A stretch of DNA of 64,000 bases, taken from Clostridia bacterium (GTDB lineage: Bacteria; Bacillota; Clostridia; Christensenellales; Borkfalkiaceae). Positions 28,379-37,803 of this stretch are shown one piece after another (positions within the stretch are counted from its first letter, which is position 1; the number at the start of each line of letters is the position of its first letter). Under the pieces are notes generated by a model. It was given only the letters and a program-made list of their open reading frames with translations, did no database searches and was not told the origin of the DNA. The stretch is from the NCBI GenBank assembly GCA_017536205.1, contig JAFXHX010000009.1, forward strand, positions 1,003-65,002, read 5' to 3'. Made by a program: the position numbers and the translations under genes.

Positions 28379-29926
28379 TTATTTGCTTTTTGCATCAAAA
28401 ATAACGTTGCAAATATCGCTTGCAAACTCGTGTTCGTGCGAAACTAGTATTATTGCGCCTTCGTAAGCAATTAGCGCCTTTTTAAGCGCGTCTTTCGCCC
28501 TAACGTCTAAATGGTTGGTAGGCTCGTCTAAAATAAGCACGTTCGACGGGGTGTTGTTTAAAACGGAAAGTTTTGCCCTTACTTGCTCGCCACCACTCAT
28601 ATCGGTTATAAGTTTAGTTGCAAGTTCGCCTTTAAGCCCAACTTTTGCAAGTTCTTGGCGTTGCTCCTTTACGTTTGCTCTTGGGAAAAAGTGGCTAAAA
28701 TAATACATTGCGTTTTCGCCCATACCATCAAAGTTAAGTTCTTGTTCAAGATACGCTATTTTAGTTGCAACGTGAAAATTAAACGAGCCTTTTCTTGCAG
28801 GTATTTTTCTAAGCAAAGTTTTTATTAGCGTGGTTTTTCCAACGCCGTTAGTGCCCCTTACCCAAAGTTTATCGCTACTTTTAAGGTGGAGTGATATGGG
28901 CGGAATAAGAGTTTTGTCGTAGCCGACTTCAAGGTCTTTTATAATTAGAAAATCTTTACTGTTTAACTGTATATACGGAAAATTAAAAACTGCGTCGTGC
29001 ACCGAAAGTGGCTTTTGCATAACTTCAATTCTATCAAGCATTTTCTTTCTTGAATTAGCCATGCCTGCAGTTGCCGCACGCGCGCCGTTTTTGGCAATAT
29101 ATTCCTTCATTTTTTTAATTTCTTGTTGTTGGCGATTATACTCGTCTTCATACTGCTTGGCATTCATTTCACGCTGGCTTGAAAACTCGGTATAATTTCC
29201 TGAATATTTTTTAATATTGCCGTTTTCTATATTTATAATAAACTTGCACACGCTATCTAAAAACGAAACGTCGTGCGAGATGACCATAAAGGTTTTTTTA
29301 TAGGCGTTAAGGTATTTTTTAAGCCACTCTATATGCTCAATATCTAAAAAGTTAGTTGGCTCGTCAAGAAGCATAACGTCTACTTCTTCAAGAAGTAATT
29401 TAGAAAGCATTACCTTTGCTCTTTCGCCACCTGAAAGCCTTGATATAGGCGCATCCATAAACTCGCTACCTATACCTAAACCACCTGCAACTTTTTTAAT
29501 TTTACTATCTAAATCGTAAAATCCAGCATTATCGAGTTCGTCTTGCATGCGCGACGACTTGTTTATAAGCCTATCAAGTTCGTCTGCATCTAGGGTTTCG
29601 CCCATTTTTTCGTAAAGTTTTTCAAGGCGAGCAGATATTTCATATAAATAATCAAAGGCGTGGCGCAAATATTCTATAACCGTTTGCGTTCTTTCTATAT
29701 CGGCGTGTTGGTCAAGATAACCCCAGCGCATACCAGAAGACTTTAAAACTTCACCGTCGTCTTGCGAAAGTTTGCCTGCAATTATATTTATAAACGTTGT
29801 TTTACCCGCTCCGTTAAGACCAACAACGCCTAAATGCTCGCCGTTGTTAATTTGAAGCGAAGCGTTTTGGAATAAATATCTATCATCATAACGATGGGTA
29901 AGATTTCTTATTTCTAAAATACTCAT
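28379..29926 (-). CDS. ABC-F family ATPase (two ABC domains, no TMD)
   Basis: Two Walker A motifs (GLNGAGKTT, GTNGVGKTT), two LSGGE signatures and an inter-domain linker. 515 aa. Confidence 0.9.
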   Translation of the reverse strand: MSILEIRNLTHRYDDRYLFQNASLQINNGEHLGVVGLNGAGKTTFINIIAGKLSQDDGEVLKSSGMRWGYLDQHADIERTQTVIEYLRHAFDYLYEISARLEKLYEKMGETLDADELDRLINKSSRMQDELDNAGFYDLDSKIKKVAGGLGIGSEFMDAPISRLSGGERAKVMLSKLLLEEVDVMLLDEPTNFLDIEHIEWLKKYLNAYKKTFMVISHDVSFLDSVCKFIINIENGNIKKYSGNYTEFSSQREMNAKQYEDEYNRQQQEIKKMKEYIAKNGARAATAGMANSRKKMLDRIEVMQKPLSVHDAVFNFPYIQLNSKDFLIIKDLEVGYDKTLIPPISLHLKSSDKLWVRGTNGVGKTTLIKTLLRKIPARKGSFNFHVATKIAYLEQELNFDGMGENAMYYFSHFFPRANVKEQRQELAKVGLKGELATKLITDMSGGEQVRAKLSVLNNTPSNVLILDEPTNHLDVRAKDALKKALIAYEGAIILVSHEHEFASDICNVIFDAKSK

Positions 29927-30004
29927 AACTATTAAAATATATAAGATTTAAAAGTTTTAGTCAAGTTATTTGCAAAAAGAGCAAAGTTGTGTTATTATTT
30001 ATTT

Positions 30005-30490
30005 ATGAATAATAAATGCTGTAAAAAATATAAGTTTAAGTTTCCACCACTTTGGATTGTTATTGCGTGCGTTGGGCTTGTAATAGCAATTTCGGCAGTT
30101 GTAATAAACGCTTTAAGGTTTATAGGCTATTTCGAGCGTAACGAAGACCCTGGTGCTTACGGCTATATGTCGCTAATACTTGCTATTTTAATTTGCTTAA
30201 CGTTTATAGTTTTGCTTGTTACGGCAGTAATTAGTTCTTATTACGAAATAACAAGTAGCCAAGTAATTTTGCGTTGGGGCTTAATTAAAAACGTAATTGA
30301 TATTAGCGAAGTTAAAGAAATAAAATATTTAACCGTTTCTAAAAACCTTAACCTTACTTTTAACGACGATAGTTATTTCGTTATAATTATAGGCGAAACT
30401 TGGAAAGAAGATTTTATTAACGAACTTAAAGAAAAGTTTCCTAAAATACCCTTTATTCAAGAAACTGAAGACCCTAATGAAAAAAAGTAA
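30005..30490 (+). CDS. membrane protein with bacterial PH (bPH_2/DUF304-like) domain
   Basis: Two TM segments followed by a PH-like segment (ITSSQVILRWGLIKNVIDISEVKEI). The first ATG is at 30005; the track start is a TTG. Confidence 0.45.
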   Translation: MNNKCCKKYKFKFPPLWIVIACVGLVIAISAVVINALRFIGYFERNEDPGAYGYMSLILAILICLTFIVLLVTAVISSYYEITSSQVILRWGLIKNVIDISEVKEIKYLTVSKNLNLTFNDDSYFVIIIGETWKEDFINELKEKFPKIPFIQETEDPNEKK

Positions 30491-30539
30491 AATAAAAAAC
30501 ACCCACAAGTTTGTGGGTGTTTTCTTTTACGGTTTTTTA

Positions 30540-32033
30540 TTAAACGGCAGGAACGAAGAAGTAAGCAAGGAATAATACAGTTACTATTATAGCAATAACA
30601 GAAACGTTCCAAGTGGGTTTTTCCTTCTTGTCGATAGCGTATTTAACAAGTTTAATAAGGTATTCAAGGGTGCTCATTAAAACGTAAGAAACAAGACCAA
30701 CGCCAATACCTTTAGTGATAGAGTACGCAAGTACCATAACGCTAATAGTTAAGAACGCCGAGGTTGCACCGATAGCATCGCTAAAATCAACAGATTTAAC
30801 GTTGTTTTTCATCATAAGAACGCCAACGTAAACGAGTGCAGATGCAGTAGCGGCACCAGGAATAACTGCAAAGAGTGGCATTGCAAAGGTTGCTAAGAAG
30901 AATAAGCAAGCAACGGTGAACGCGGTAAGACCAGTTCTACCACCAGCCGAAACGCCTGCGCCTGATTCAACGAAAGTAGTAACGGTTGAAGTACCAAGCA
31001 TAGCACCCGAGCAAGTAGCAACGGCATCAGCTATCATAATTTTGTCGTAGTTGCGGGGTTTGTTGTTTTCGTCAGATAATATTCTGTTACCACCACAGCA
31101 ACCAACTATAGTACCCATAGTGTCGAACATATCAATCATGCACATGGTAATTACAAGCATTATAACGGTAAATACTGAAACGCCTTCGGGAAGCAAACCG
31201 TTTTTGAATACGGTAGTGAACGAGAAGAATACACTCTTATCACCAAAGAAGTTAGCCCAGTTTTCCCAGAACTTCCAAGAAATACCATCTTGAGTGCCTG
31301 CAAGAACAGAAAGGTCGGTAACGCCAACGAAGCAACCGATAATAGTAGCGGCTAAAATACCAAAAATAACCGAACCTTTAACGTTAAGTTTATCAAGAAT
31401 TGCTATAACGCCAAGACCTATAAAGCAAACTAATGCGTTAGCTACGTTAATATCGAATTTAGAGAAAAGAATAAGGTCGCCTAAAGTATAAGGATTATCA
31501 ACGATAATTTTTGCACCTTGGAAACCAATATATGCAATGAATAAGCCAATACCAACTGAAATTGCACTTCTTACAGGAACAGGCATACCGTCGAACACAA
31601 GTTCACGGAAGGTTTTTCCGTTAATCTTTATAAGAGTAAGGGCAAGGAATACAAGACCCGAAATTAAAACGAGCATAAACGCTTGACCTAAACTGAATTG
31701 ATCACCGTAAGTAGTAACCGCACCTGCGCCTACTAAACCACCGAGTAACGAGTTAAGACCCATACCCGAAGCTTGTGCAAGTGGCATTTTAGCAACGAAA
31801 GCTAAAAGTAAAGTACCGATAATAGCGCCGAGCGCAGTTGCCATAAATACTGAAGGCCAGTAAGCGTCTGCTCTATTGAAACCTAAAATCTGGTCCGGGT
31901 TAACCGTTAAAATGTAAGCCATTGCAAGGAAGGTAACTAAACCTGCAACGATTTCAGTTTTAACGTTAGTTTGCTTTTCTTCGGCATTAAATCCAAGAAG
32001 TTTAGCAAACTTGGTTTGTGAAAACTTATCCAT
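30540..32033 (-). CDS. NCS2 family purine (adenine/guanine/hypoxanthine-type) permease
   Basis: 497 aa, AzgA-like polytopic sequence. SD AGGAGG. Promoter TTGAAA-17-TAAAAT. Confidence 0.82.
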   Translation of the reverse strand: MDKFSQTKFAKLLGFNAEEKQTNVKTEIVAGLVTFLAMAYILTVNPDQILGFNRADAYWPSVFMATALGAIIGTLLLAFVAKMPLAQASGMGLNSLLGGLVGAGAVTTYGDQFSLGQAFMLVLISGLVFLALTLIKINGKTFRELVFDGMPVPVRSAISVGIGLFIAYIGFQGAKIIVDNPYTLGDLILFSKFDINVANALVCFIGLGVIAILDKLNVKGSVIFGILAATIIGCFVGVTDLSVLAGTQDGISWKFWENWANFFGDKSVFFSFTTVFKNGLLPEGVSVFTVIMLVITMCMIDMFDTMGTIVGCCGGNRILSDENNKPRNYDKIMIADAVATCSGAMLGTSTVTTFVESGAGVSAGGRTGLTAFTVACLFFLATFAMPLFAVIPGAATASALVYVGVLMMKNNVKSVDFSDAIGATSAFLTISVMVLAYSITKGIGVGLVSYVLMSTLEYLIKLVKYAIDKKEKPTWNVSVIAIIVTVLFLAYFFVPAV

Positions 32034-32111
32034 CTAAAAATCCTCCTATTAGTGCTTGTAGCACAAATTATGTTTACATTTTACTACTTTTAAAATTATA
32101 TTTCAACAGTT

Positions 32112-32131
32112 TTGTGAAAAAACTTTCACAA
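32112..32131. promoter_or_regulatory. perfect palindrome TTGTGAAA-N4-TTTCACAA, candidate operator
   Basis: Read directly. Lies just upstream of the -35 of the NCS2 permease promoter. Confidence 0.4.
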
Positions 32132-32193
32132 TTTTACATTTTATTTATATAAAATGAAAAAAGCGTGCTAGGTAGCACGCTTTTAATATTTAA

Positions 32194-33582
32194 TTATCCA
32201 ATAAGTTTAAACTTTATAAGTAAGCCTATAACAGCCGCTATAATAACAAGAACAGGTAAAACGTAAGTTAAATACGGCTTCATCCATTTTTGCACTTTTA
32301 AGCCCTTACCGGTGTTTGCTTCTTTTTCAAAGTTTTCATATCCCCAACCTTTTTTAGTAACGCAGAATAAAACGTAGCAAAGCGAACCAAGTGGCAATAA
32401 TACGTAAGAAACCAAGAAGTCTTCCATATCCATAATATCGCCTATTCCCGGTATTCTCACACCCGACCAAACACTTAAACCAAGAACGCATGGTATTGAA
32501 AGAACTAATATTATAGCGCCCATTATTAAGCACGATTTCTTTCTTGACCACCCGAAAATGTCTTGCGCGCAAGCAAATATATTTTCAAACACGGCAAAAA
32601 TAGTTGAAAGCGCCGCAAACGATAAAAATACAAAGAATAACGCACCGATAAACACGCCAAGGCCTTGCGGTTGAATACTGTTAAATATGTTAGGGAATAC
32701 CATAAATATAAATCCGCCACCTTCGTCAACAACGCCACCATTATAAGTAAAGCAAGCAGGGAAAATAATTAAACCTGAAACGAGCGCAACGAAAGTATCA
32801 AGACCGGTAATCATAATAGACTCGCCAAGAAGCGAACGGTCTTTAGATAAATAACTTCCAAATATTGCCATTGAGCCTATGCCTAATGAAAGCGTGAAGA
32901 ACGCTTGAGATAACGCACCCGCTATAACGTTTGCAAGTTTTGGGAAGGTGTTTACTTTAGAAAAATCTGGAACTAAATAGAACATTAAGCCTTCTTTAGC
33001 CCCGTCAAGCGTGAGCGAATAAATAGCCAACCCAACCATAATAATAAGAAGGGCAACCATCATAATTTTGCTAACTTTTTCGAGACTGTTTTTAACACCG
33101 AATATACAAACCACAACGCCTATTACAACTACTATTGCTACGAATAAAAGTTGCGTCCAGTGGTCTTGAAGCATAAGTGGGAACTGCGCCCCTACTTGTT
33201 CGGGTGTAAGCCCAGAAAACGTTCCGCCCAAAGTTTTAACGAAGTATTGAAGTAGCCAAGCGGTAACGGTTGTGTAAAACATCATAAGCACGATATTTCC
33301 ACCAAAAGCTGCGTAACCGTGAATATGCCATTTTTGACCGGGCTTTTCAAGTTTTTGGTAAAGCATTGCGGGGCTTTTTTGCGACGCTCTGCCAAGTGAA
33401 AACTCCATAGTCATAATGGGAACGCCGAATATTACTAAAAATATAAGGTATATTAAAACGAATATACCACCACCGTATTGACCTGCCATATACGGAAACT
33501 TCCACACGTTGCCAACGCCTATTGCGCAACCTGCCGATAAAAGTATAAAGCCAAGCCTACTGCCAAGTTTTTCTCTTTCCAT
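32194..33582 (-). CDS. sodium-dependent transporter (SNF / neurotransmitter:sodium symporter family)
   Basis: GVGNVWKFPY motif. I prefer the ATG at 33582 (MEREKLGS) with GAAAGGAG upstream. Confidence 0.85.
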   Translation of the reverse strand: MEREKLGSRLGFILLSAGCAIGVGNVWKFPYMAGQYGGGIFVLIYLIFLVIFGVPIMTMEFSLGRASQKSPAMLYQKLEKPGQKWHIHGYAAFGGNIVLMMFYTTVTAWLLQYFVKTLGGTFSGLTPEQVGAQFPLMLQDHWTQLLFVAIVVVIGVVVCIFGVKNSLEKVSKIMMVALLIIMVGLAIYSLTLDGAKEGLMFYLVPDFSKVNTFPKLANVIAGALSQAFFTLSLGIGSMAIFGSYLSKDRSLLGESIMITGLDTFVALVSGLIIFPACFTYNGGVVDEGGGFIFMVFPNIFNSIQPQGLGVFIGALFFVFLSFAALSTIFAVFENIFACAQDIFGWSRKKSCLIMGAIILVLSIPCVLGLSVWSGVRIPGIGDIMDMEDFLVSYVLLPLGSLCYVLFCVTKKGWGYENFEKEANTGKGLKVQKWMKPYLTYVLPVLVIIAAVIGLLIKFKLIG

Positions 33583-33656
33583 AAAAAACTCCTTTCGTGT
33601 TTTTAATAATTTTATCACTAAACGTAAAAATAATCAACACAAATATAATATTTTTA

Positions 33657-34631
33657 CTACTTTGTAAAAAAATTGCTTATTAAAAACCATAAAGCAACAA
33701 GCGCCCCCACCCAACCTATTATAGGATAAACCGTTGAAATTAAGCGTGAAAAACCTATAAAACCTAGCCCGCAAGCACATAAAATCGTTGTAATTTTAGG
33801 CGTTATTTTATTAGTTTTAAGTAGCGCTCCAAGGTGAGAAGAAGCAAGCGAAAAGGCGTTTAAAAGCATAACTATACTTATAAAAATATACAGTGGTAAG
33901 CAAAGCGATTTTATTGCGCACACAAGTGGAAGTTCGGCGTTTAAACACCCTTTAAAACACAATAGCAAAACGGCAACGAGTAGCGATAAAATTAAAAGTA
34001 TTAGCCCCATAGTTATAAGTGAACACGCCTTTTTAAAAGGCGGATTATACGCTTTGTTTTGCTTTTTTAAAACCGATATAGCGCACGCCGAATTAAAGCC
34101 CGCATAAGTGAGTGCCGAAACAAAAACGTTTGGTAAAAACGGGCTTATAGGGTGGTTATTTAAAGTTAAATCTACTTTAAATCCGTTTTTATAAAACGCT
34201 AAAAACGCACAAAATAAAAGCCCTATAAGTAACACGGGAAGTGAAAGTTTTAAAGTTTTAGTTACTGCACTTAACGGCTTAAACGAGTAAAGTAAAATTA
34301 AAATTGAAAAAATAGCCGAGCAAACGTTTTTATTAAAGCCCGTTATATAACTTAACAGTTCGCCAGAGCCCGATATTGTTACGCTTATAATTAAAAAGGA
34401 AAGCGTTTTTTCTAGAATTGAAAGTGAAAAGTTTGTCGTTTTATTTTTAGTTTGAAAACGGGTTATTATAGCGCCACTAAACAAAACGGTTAAAGTGCAG
34501 TTTAAAACTAGCCCCCACACCCAACCTTTATAAGATAAGAAAAAAAGGGCGGTTTCTTTGCCGGACAAAAACCCCACCCCAACAAAAACGAACGCCGTTA
34601 AAAATGCTAAACGTAAAACCCCACTTTGCAT
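33657..34631 (-). CDS. YkvI-like polytopic membrane protein
   Basis: 324 aa, about 10 TM. N-terminal GVGFLSGKETALFF resembles the YkvI family motif. Confidence 0.5.
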   Translation of the reverse strand: MQSGVLRLAFLTAFVFVGVGFLSGKETALFFLSYKGWVWGLVLNCTLTVLFSGAIITRFQTKNKTTNFSLSILEKTLSFLIISVTISGSGELLSYITGFNKNVCSAIFSILILLYSFKPLSAVTKTLKLSLPVLLIGLLFCAFLAFYKNGFKVDLTLNNHPISPFLPNVFVSALTYAGFNSACAISVLKKQNKAYNPPFKKACSLITMGLILLILSLLVAVLLLCFKGCLNAELPLVCAIKSLCLPLYIFISIVMLLNAFSLASSHLGALLKTNKITPKITTILCACGLGFIGFSRLISTVYPIIGWVGALVALWFLISNFFTK

Positions 34632-34688
34632 ATAAAACTATATGCCCACGCATTAACTATTATTCTACCCCATCCACGCCGTATTAAC

Positions 34689-34864
34689 TGATATTTTAAG
34701 CCGTTAGAGCCGAGCAAGACAAGGCTCGACGGCAAGGCGTTGGGCGTAATTGACCTTTTTGGTCATTACGGTCACGAATTGACGGCAGTTAACGCAGTAT
34801 TGCGACGGCTATAACGAAATAAAAAAGCGTGGCATCTAGCCACGCTTTTTTGTGTCTTAAAACT
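34689..34864 (+). repeat. structured intergenic element E2 with its own terminator
   Basis: Near-identical to the E1 core. Its terminator has a completely different stem (GCGTGGC-atcta-GCCACGC, 34827-34845) at the same relative position. Confidence 0.8.
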
Positions 34865-34867
34865 TTT

Positions 34868-35150
34868 AAGCCCGTAGAAACAAGTTAGGCGAGGCTCGCA
34901 ATTTTTGTTAGTTGTAGAAAGTGATATTTTAAGACGTTAGAAGCGAGCGAGAGAAGGCTCGCAATTTTTGTTGGTTGTAGAAAGTGATATTTTAAGACGT
35001 TAGAAGCGAGCGAGAGAAGGCTCGCGAAAAGGTACGGACACGATTGACCTTTGTGGTCATCGGGGTCGTAACTTTGAAGCAGAAACGCACTATCGCGACG
35101 CTTATAACGAAATAAAAGCACCGAAAACGGTGCTTTTATTGTACTTAAAA
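34868..35150 (+). repeat. structured intergenic element E3 (diverged paralogue of E1/E2) with terminator
   Basis: Shares the 5' AAGCCCGYAGAAACAAG with E1, the GTTGTAGAAAGTG..ATTTTAAG module, hairpins with altered but still paired stems, and the terminator GCACCG-aaaa-CGGTGC (35118-35133). Confidence 0.8.
34893..35018 (+). repeat. 63-nt tandem duplication (2 units, 1 mismatch) inside E3
   Basis: GGCTCGCAATTTTTGTT(A/G)GTTGTAGAAAGTGATATTTTAAGACGTTAGAAGCGAGCGAGAGAA occurs twice, followed by a third GGCTCGC at 35019. Confidence 0.9.
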
Positions 35151-36665
35151 TTAGAGGATTTCCAAGTTCTTTTTAAATATACGCCTGAAATCTGGTTGAG
35201 AAGAAAGCGCGTCTTTAATTTCTAAAGTTGCATCGCTGGATAAAACGGTTTTCATAATAACGGAATCACCCAAAACGTCACAACTTAAACTTTCAACGCT
35301 ACTGCTCATAGACCTATCAAGGCTAACGGCTATGCGAAGCATAATGCCGAGTTTTCTTATAAGATCAACGTCTTCTTCACTGATGAACTCTTTATATTTA
35401 ATAAGGTCTGCCATAGAAAAATCGTCGTTTTTATAATTTGATACGACAAGCGCGGCAAGAACTATTTCACGTTGACTAATTCCGTATAAACTAGAGTTTA
35501 AAATAAGGTAACTAGTGTGCTTTTGATAATCGTAATACTTAATACTAGTTCCCGCATCGTGAAGATACGCAGCAACCTTTAATATTTTAAGGGCTTGGCG
35601 TGGGAACTTGTGAAGAACGTGCATTTGCTTAAAAAGTTGAACTGAAAGGTTAACTACTTGTTCGCAGTGCTTTTCGTTACACTTGTAATATTTTACTAGC
35701 GTTTGAAGGCTGTAAGTTAAAACGTCGCTAATAGGTTTTTCAACCGTCATAGGAACGGCGTAGTTAAACATAATGCCTTCACGCAAGCCACAAGCCGATA
35801 TAGTCATTTTTTCAAAGCCGAGATATTTTATAAATGCGTGAGCAACTGCAAACGCAGAAGGTAAAAGGTCGGCACGCTTTGACGAAATGCCCTTTATGCG
35901 CTTTTTCTTATCAAGGTCGAGCGATTTAAGCATTTCGTAAACGGAAACAAACTCTTCAGTTTCGACAACGTAGTTATGAATAAGCGGAAGTTGACACTTC
36001 TTTTTCATTTTAACTATTTTGCAAAGGTTTCTAAAACTACCACCACAACCTATAAGTTGAGTTTCGGGGTCGATTTCTTTAAGCCACTCTATTTGAGATA
36101 ATTGTTCGGTTATAAACTCTTCTATCTTTTTAGCCTGTTCTTCGCCCGAAAGATTATCGCTTGCAAAAAGTTCGGTAAGGGTTACCGCGCCGAACGGAAG
36201 CGTTTCAAAGTGAAGAAGATTGCGCCTATTGTAGTAAATAACCTTGGTTGAGCCACCACCTATTTCTATAATGAGCCCCTTAGAAACGTCCATAGTGTTT
36301 ATAACGCCACGATAAACGTAAGTTGCTTCTTCTTCGGCGGTTAATACTTTAAGTTTAATACCCGTTGTTGCAACTATTTCGTCAAGGAAACTGCGTTGAT
36401 TTTTCGCACGGCGAACTGCCGCAGTTGCTACGGCTATAATTCTTTCTATTTCGTAAGCATCGCAAAGTTTTCTAAACATTTTAAGGGTTTTAATAGTCTC
36501 TGCCACGCGTGAAGGTTGCAAAAACCCGTCCCTTTCCATATCTTGACCTAAGCGAACGCTTTCTTTTAACTGGTCTATAACGACAAAGTGCCCGTCGCCT
36601 AACATTTCGACGATGACGAGCCTTGCGGTATTAGAACCTAAATCGATAATTCCTATTCTTTCCAC
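35151..36665 (-). CDS. Ppx/GppA family exopolyphosphatase / pppGpp phosphohydrolase with HD domain
   Basis: IIDLGSNTARLV and GGGS motifs, C-terminal HD region (YLHDAG). GTG start with a GAGG SD. Confidence 0.88.
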   Translation of the reverse strand: MERIGIIDLGSNTARLVIVEMLGDGHFVVIDQLKESVRLGQDMERDGFLQPSRVAETIKTLKMFRKLCDAYEIERIIAVATAAVRRAKNQRSFLDEIVATTGIKLKVLTAEEEATYVYRGVINTMDVSKGLIIEIGGGSTKVIYYNRRNLLHFETLPFGAVTLTELFASDNLSGEEQAKKIEEFITEQLSQIEWLKEIDPETQLIGCGGSFRNLCKIVKMKKKCQLPLIHNYVVETEEFVSVYEMLKSLDLDKKKRIKGISSKRADLLPSAFAVAHAFIKYLGFEKMTISACGLREGIMFNYAVPMTVEKPISDVLTYSLQTLVKYYKCNEKHCEQVVNLSVQLFKQMHVLHKFPRQALKILKVAAYLHDAGTSIKYYDYQKHTSYLILNSSLYGISQREIVLAALVVSNYKNDDFSMADLIKYKEFISEEDVDLIRKLGIMLRIAVSLDRSMSSSVESLSCDVLGDSVIMKTVLSSDATLEIKDALSSQPDFRRIFKKNLEIL

Positions 36666-36804
36666 TCTAGTTACCTCATAATTTAAAGCCCTTTAAGCGA
36701 GCAAAAGTTTTAGTATTGTTAATTATACACTAAACTTTCAATCTTTTCAATACCCATTTGAAAAAAAATCGACTTTTTACAACTTTTTTAAGGCTTTTAC
36801 AAGG

Positions 36805-37194
36805 TTATGCGCTATATTTTTTAAGTTTTTTGGCTATGGTTGGAGATAAAAATTGAACTACCGAGAGCGCAACTAAAAACACGCCGAACGCACGCTTTAA
36901 AACGCCTGCGTTTATTATTGAAGATAGCACCGAGCCACCTATTGCAAATAAAACGGCGGGAACTATAACGAAAAGTATTCCTTTTAGGTTTACTAGTTTG
37001 TTTTTAAAGTGAAGTATTAAAGAGACTATTGCCATAGGCAAAAACGATATTAAGTTTAGCCCCTGCGCACCGAGTTGCGAAACGGATAAAAATATAGTTA
37101 GAACGGGAATTAAAATAGTTCCGCCACCCATACCCATGCCACCAAGCACGCCAGACAGTGCGCTTGCAATAAAAAACCAAACGTAATTAAGCAT
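36805..37194 (-). CDS. TauE/SafE (TSUP) family half-size membrane protein, second half
   Basis: 129 aa, 4 TM. Gly-rich GGMGMGGG motif at the start of TM1. Confidence 0.7.
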   Translation of the reverse strand: MLNYVWFFIASALSGVLGGMGMGGGTILIPVLTIFLSVSQLGAQGLNLISFLPMAIVSLILHFKNKLVNLKGILFVIVPAVLFAIGGSVLSSIINAGVLKRAFGVFLVALSVVQFLSPTIAKKLKKYSA

Positions 37195-37205
37195 ATGTAA
37201 AAAAA

Positions 37206-37574
37206 TTAGCCTATTATCATTTTAACGCCCGCAACGAGCATAACTACCGCAAATATTTTTGCAAGTGCGCTGGGCTTTATTTTTTTAAGAAGTAGCGCGC
37301 CGACAACACCGCCGACCGTTACCCCAACGGCAACCACTATTAGCGTTATAATTTCCACGTTAAACGAGCCACTTATAAAGTAGGTTACAACGCTAACTGC
37401 AGTTACGGGCAAAATAACGGCTATAGCCGTTGCGTGCGAAACTTTTTCGTTAAATCCTAAAATTAAAGTGAGCATAGGAACTACAATCATTCCACCGCCA
37501 CCACCGAAAAATCCGTTTACAAAACCCGTGACCGAGCCTATTAAAATAAGTAAAGCAATTTTCTTTTTGGACAT
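37206..37574 (-). CDS. TauE/SafE (TSUP) family half-size membrane protein, first half
   Basis: 122 aa from the ATG at 37574 (MSKKKIALL). 4 TM. GFFGGGGG motif. TACAAT -10 lies 6 nt upstream of the ATG. Confidence 0.7.
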   Translation of the reverse strand: MSKKKIALLILIGSVTGFVNGFFGGGGGMIVVPMLTLILGFNEKVSHATAIAVILPVTAVSVVTYFISGSFNVEIITLIVVAVGVTVGGVVGALLLKKIKPSALAKIFAVVMLVAGVKMIIG

Positions 37575-37803
37575 ACTTATATTGTAGTCAGTTTTTAAAA
37601 AATATTGCACCTTCCAGCCTTGAAAAGCAAAAAATTAAGTTCAATTTGCGAAAACGGCGTGTAATTTTGGCGATTTTGCTCTACAAAATTAAAAAATAGG
37701 GCTTGAAGTATTGATTTTTTGAAAAAAATGCTTTATACTTATTTAGAATAAATAAACAAAGTGGGCGCGCGTATATGCTCGCGATTATAAATACGAGGGA
37801 CTT

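Noticed and set aside
32034-32193. Purine riboswitch upstream of the NCS2 purine permease
   Set aside because: The 5' region is short and AT-rich. It lacks the conserved three-way junction sequences (the UAUAAUCGCG..CUACCGGGCACCGUAAAUGUCCGACUAUG type). Only a promoter, a palindrome and a small hairpin are present.
34893-35018. Possible mini-CRISPR array (regularly spaced GGCTCGC... units about 63 nt apart; GTTGTAGA resembles part of some CRISPR repeats)
   Set aside because: The two units are identical over their entire 63 nt apart from one base, so there are no unique spacers. There are only 2-3 units, and no cas genes are in the window.
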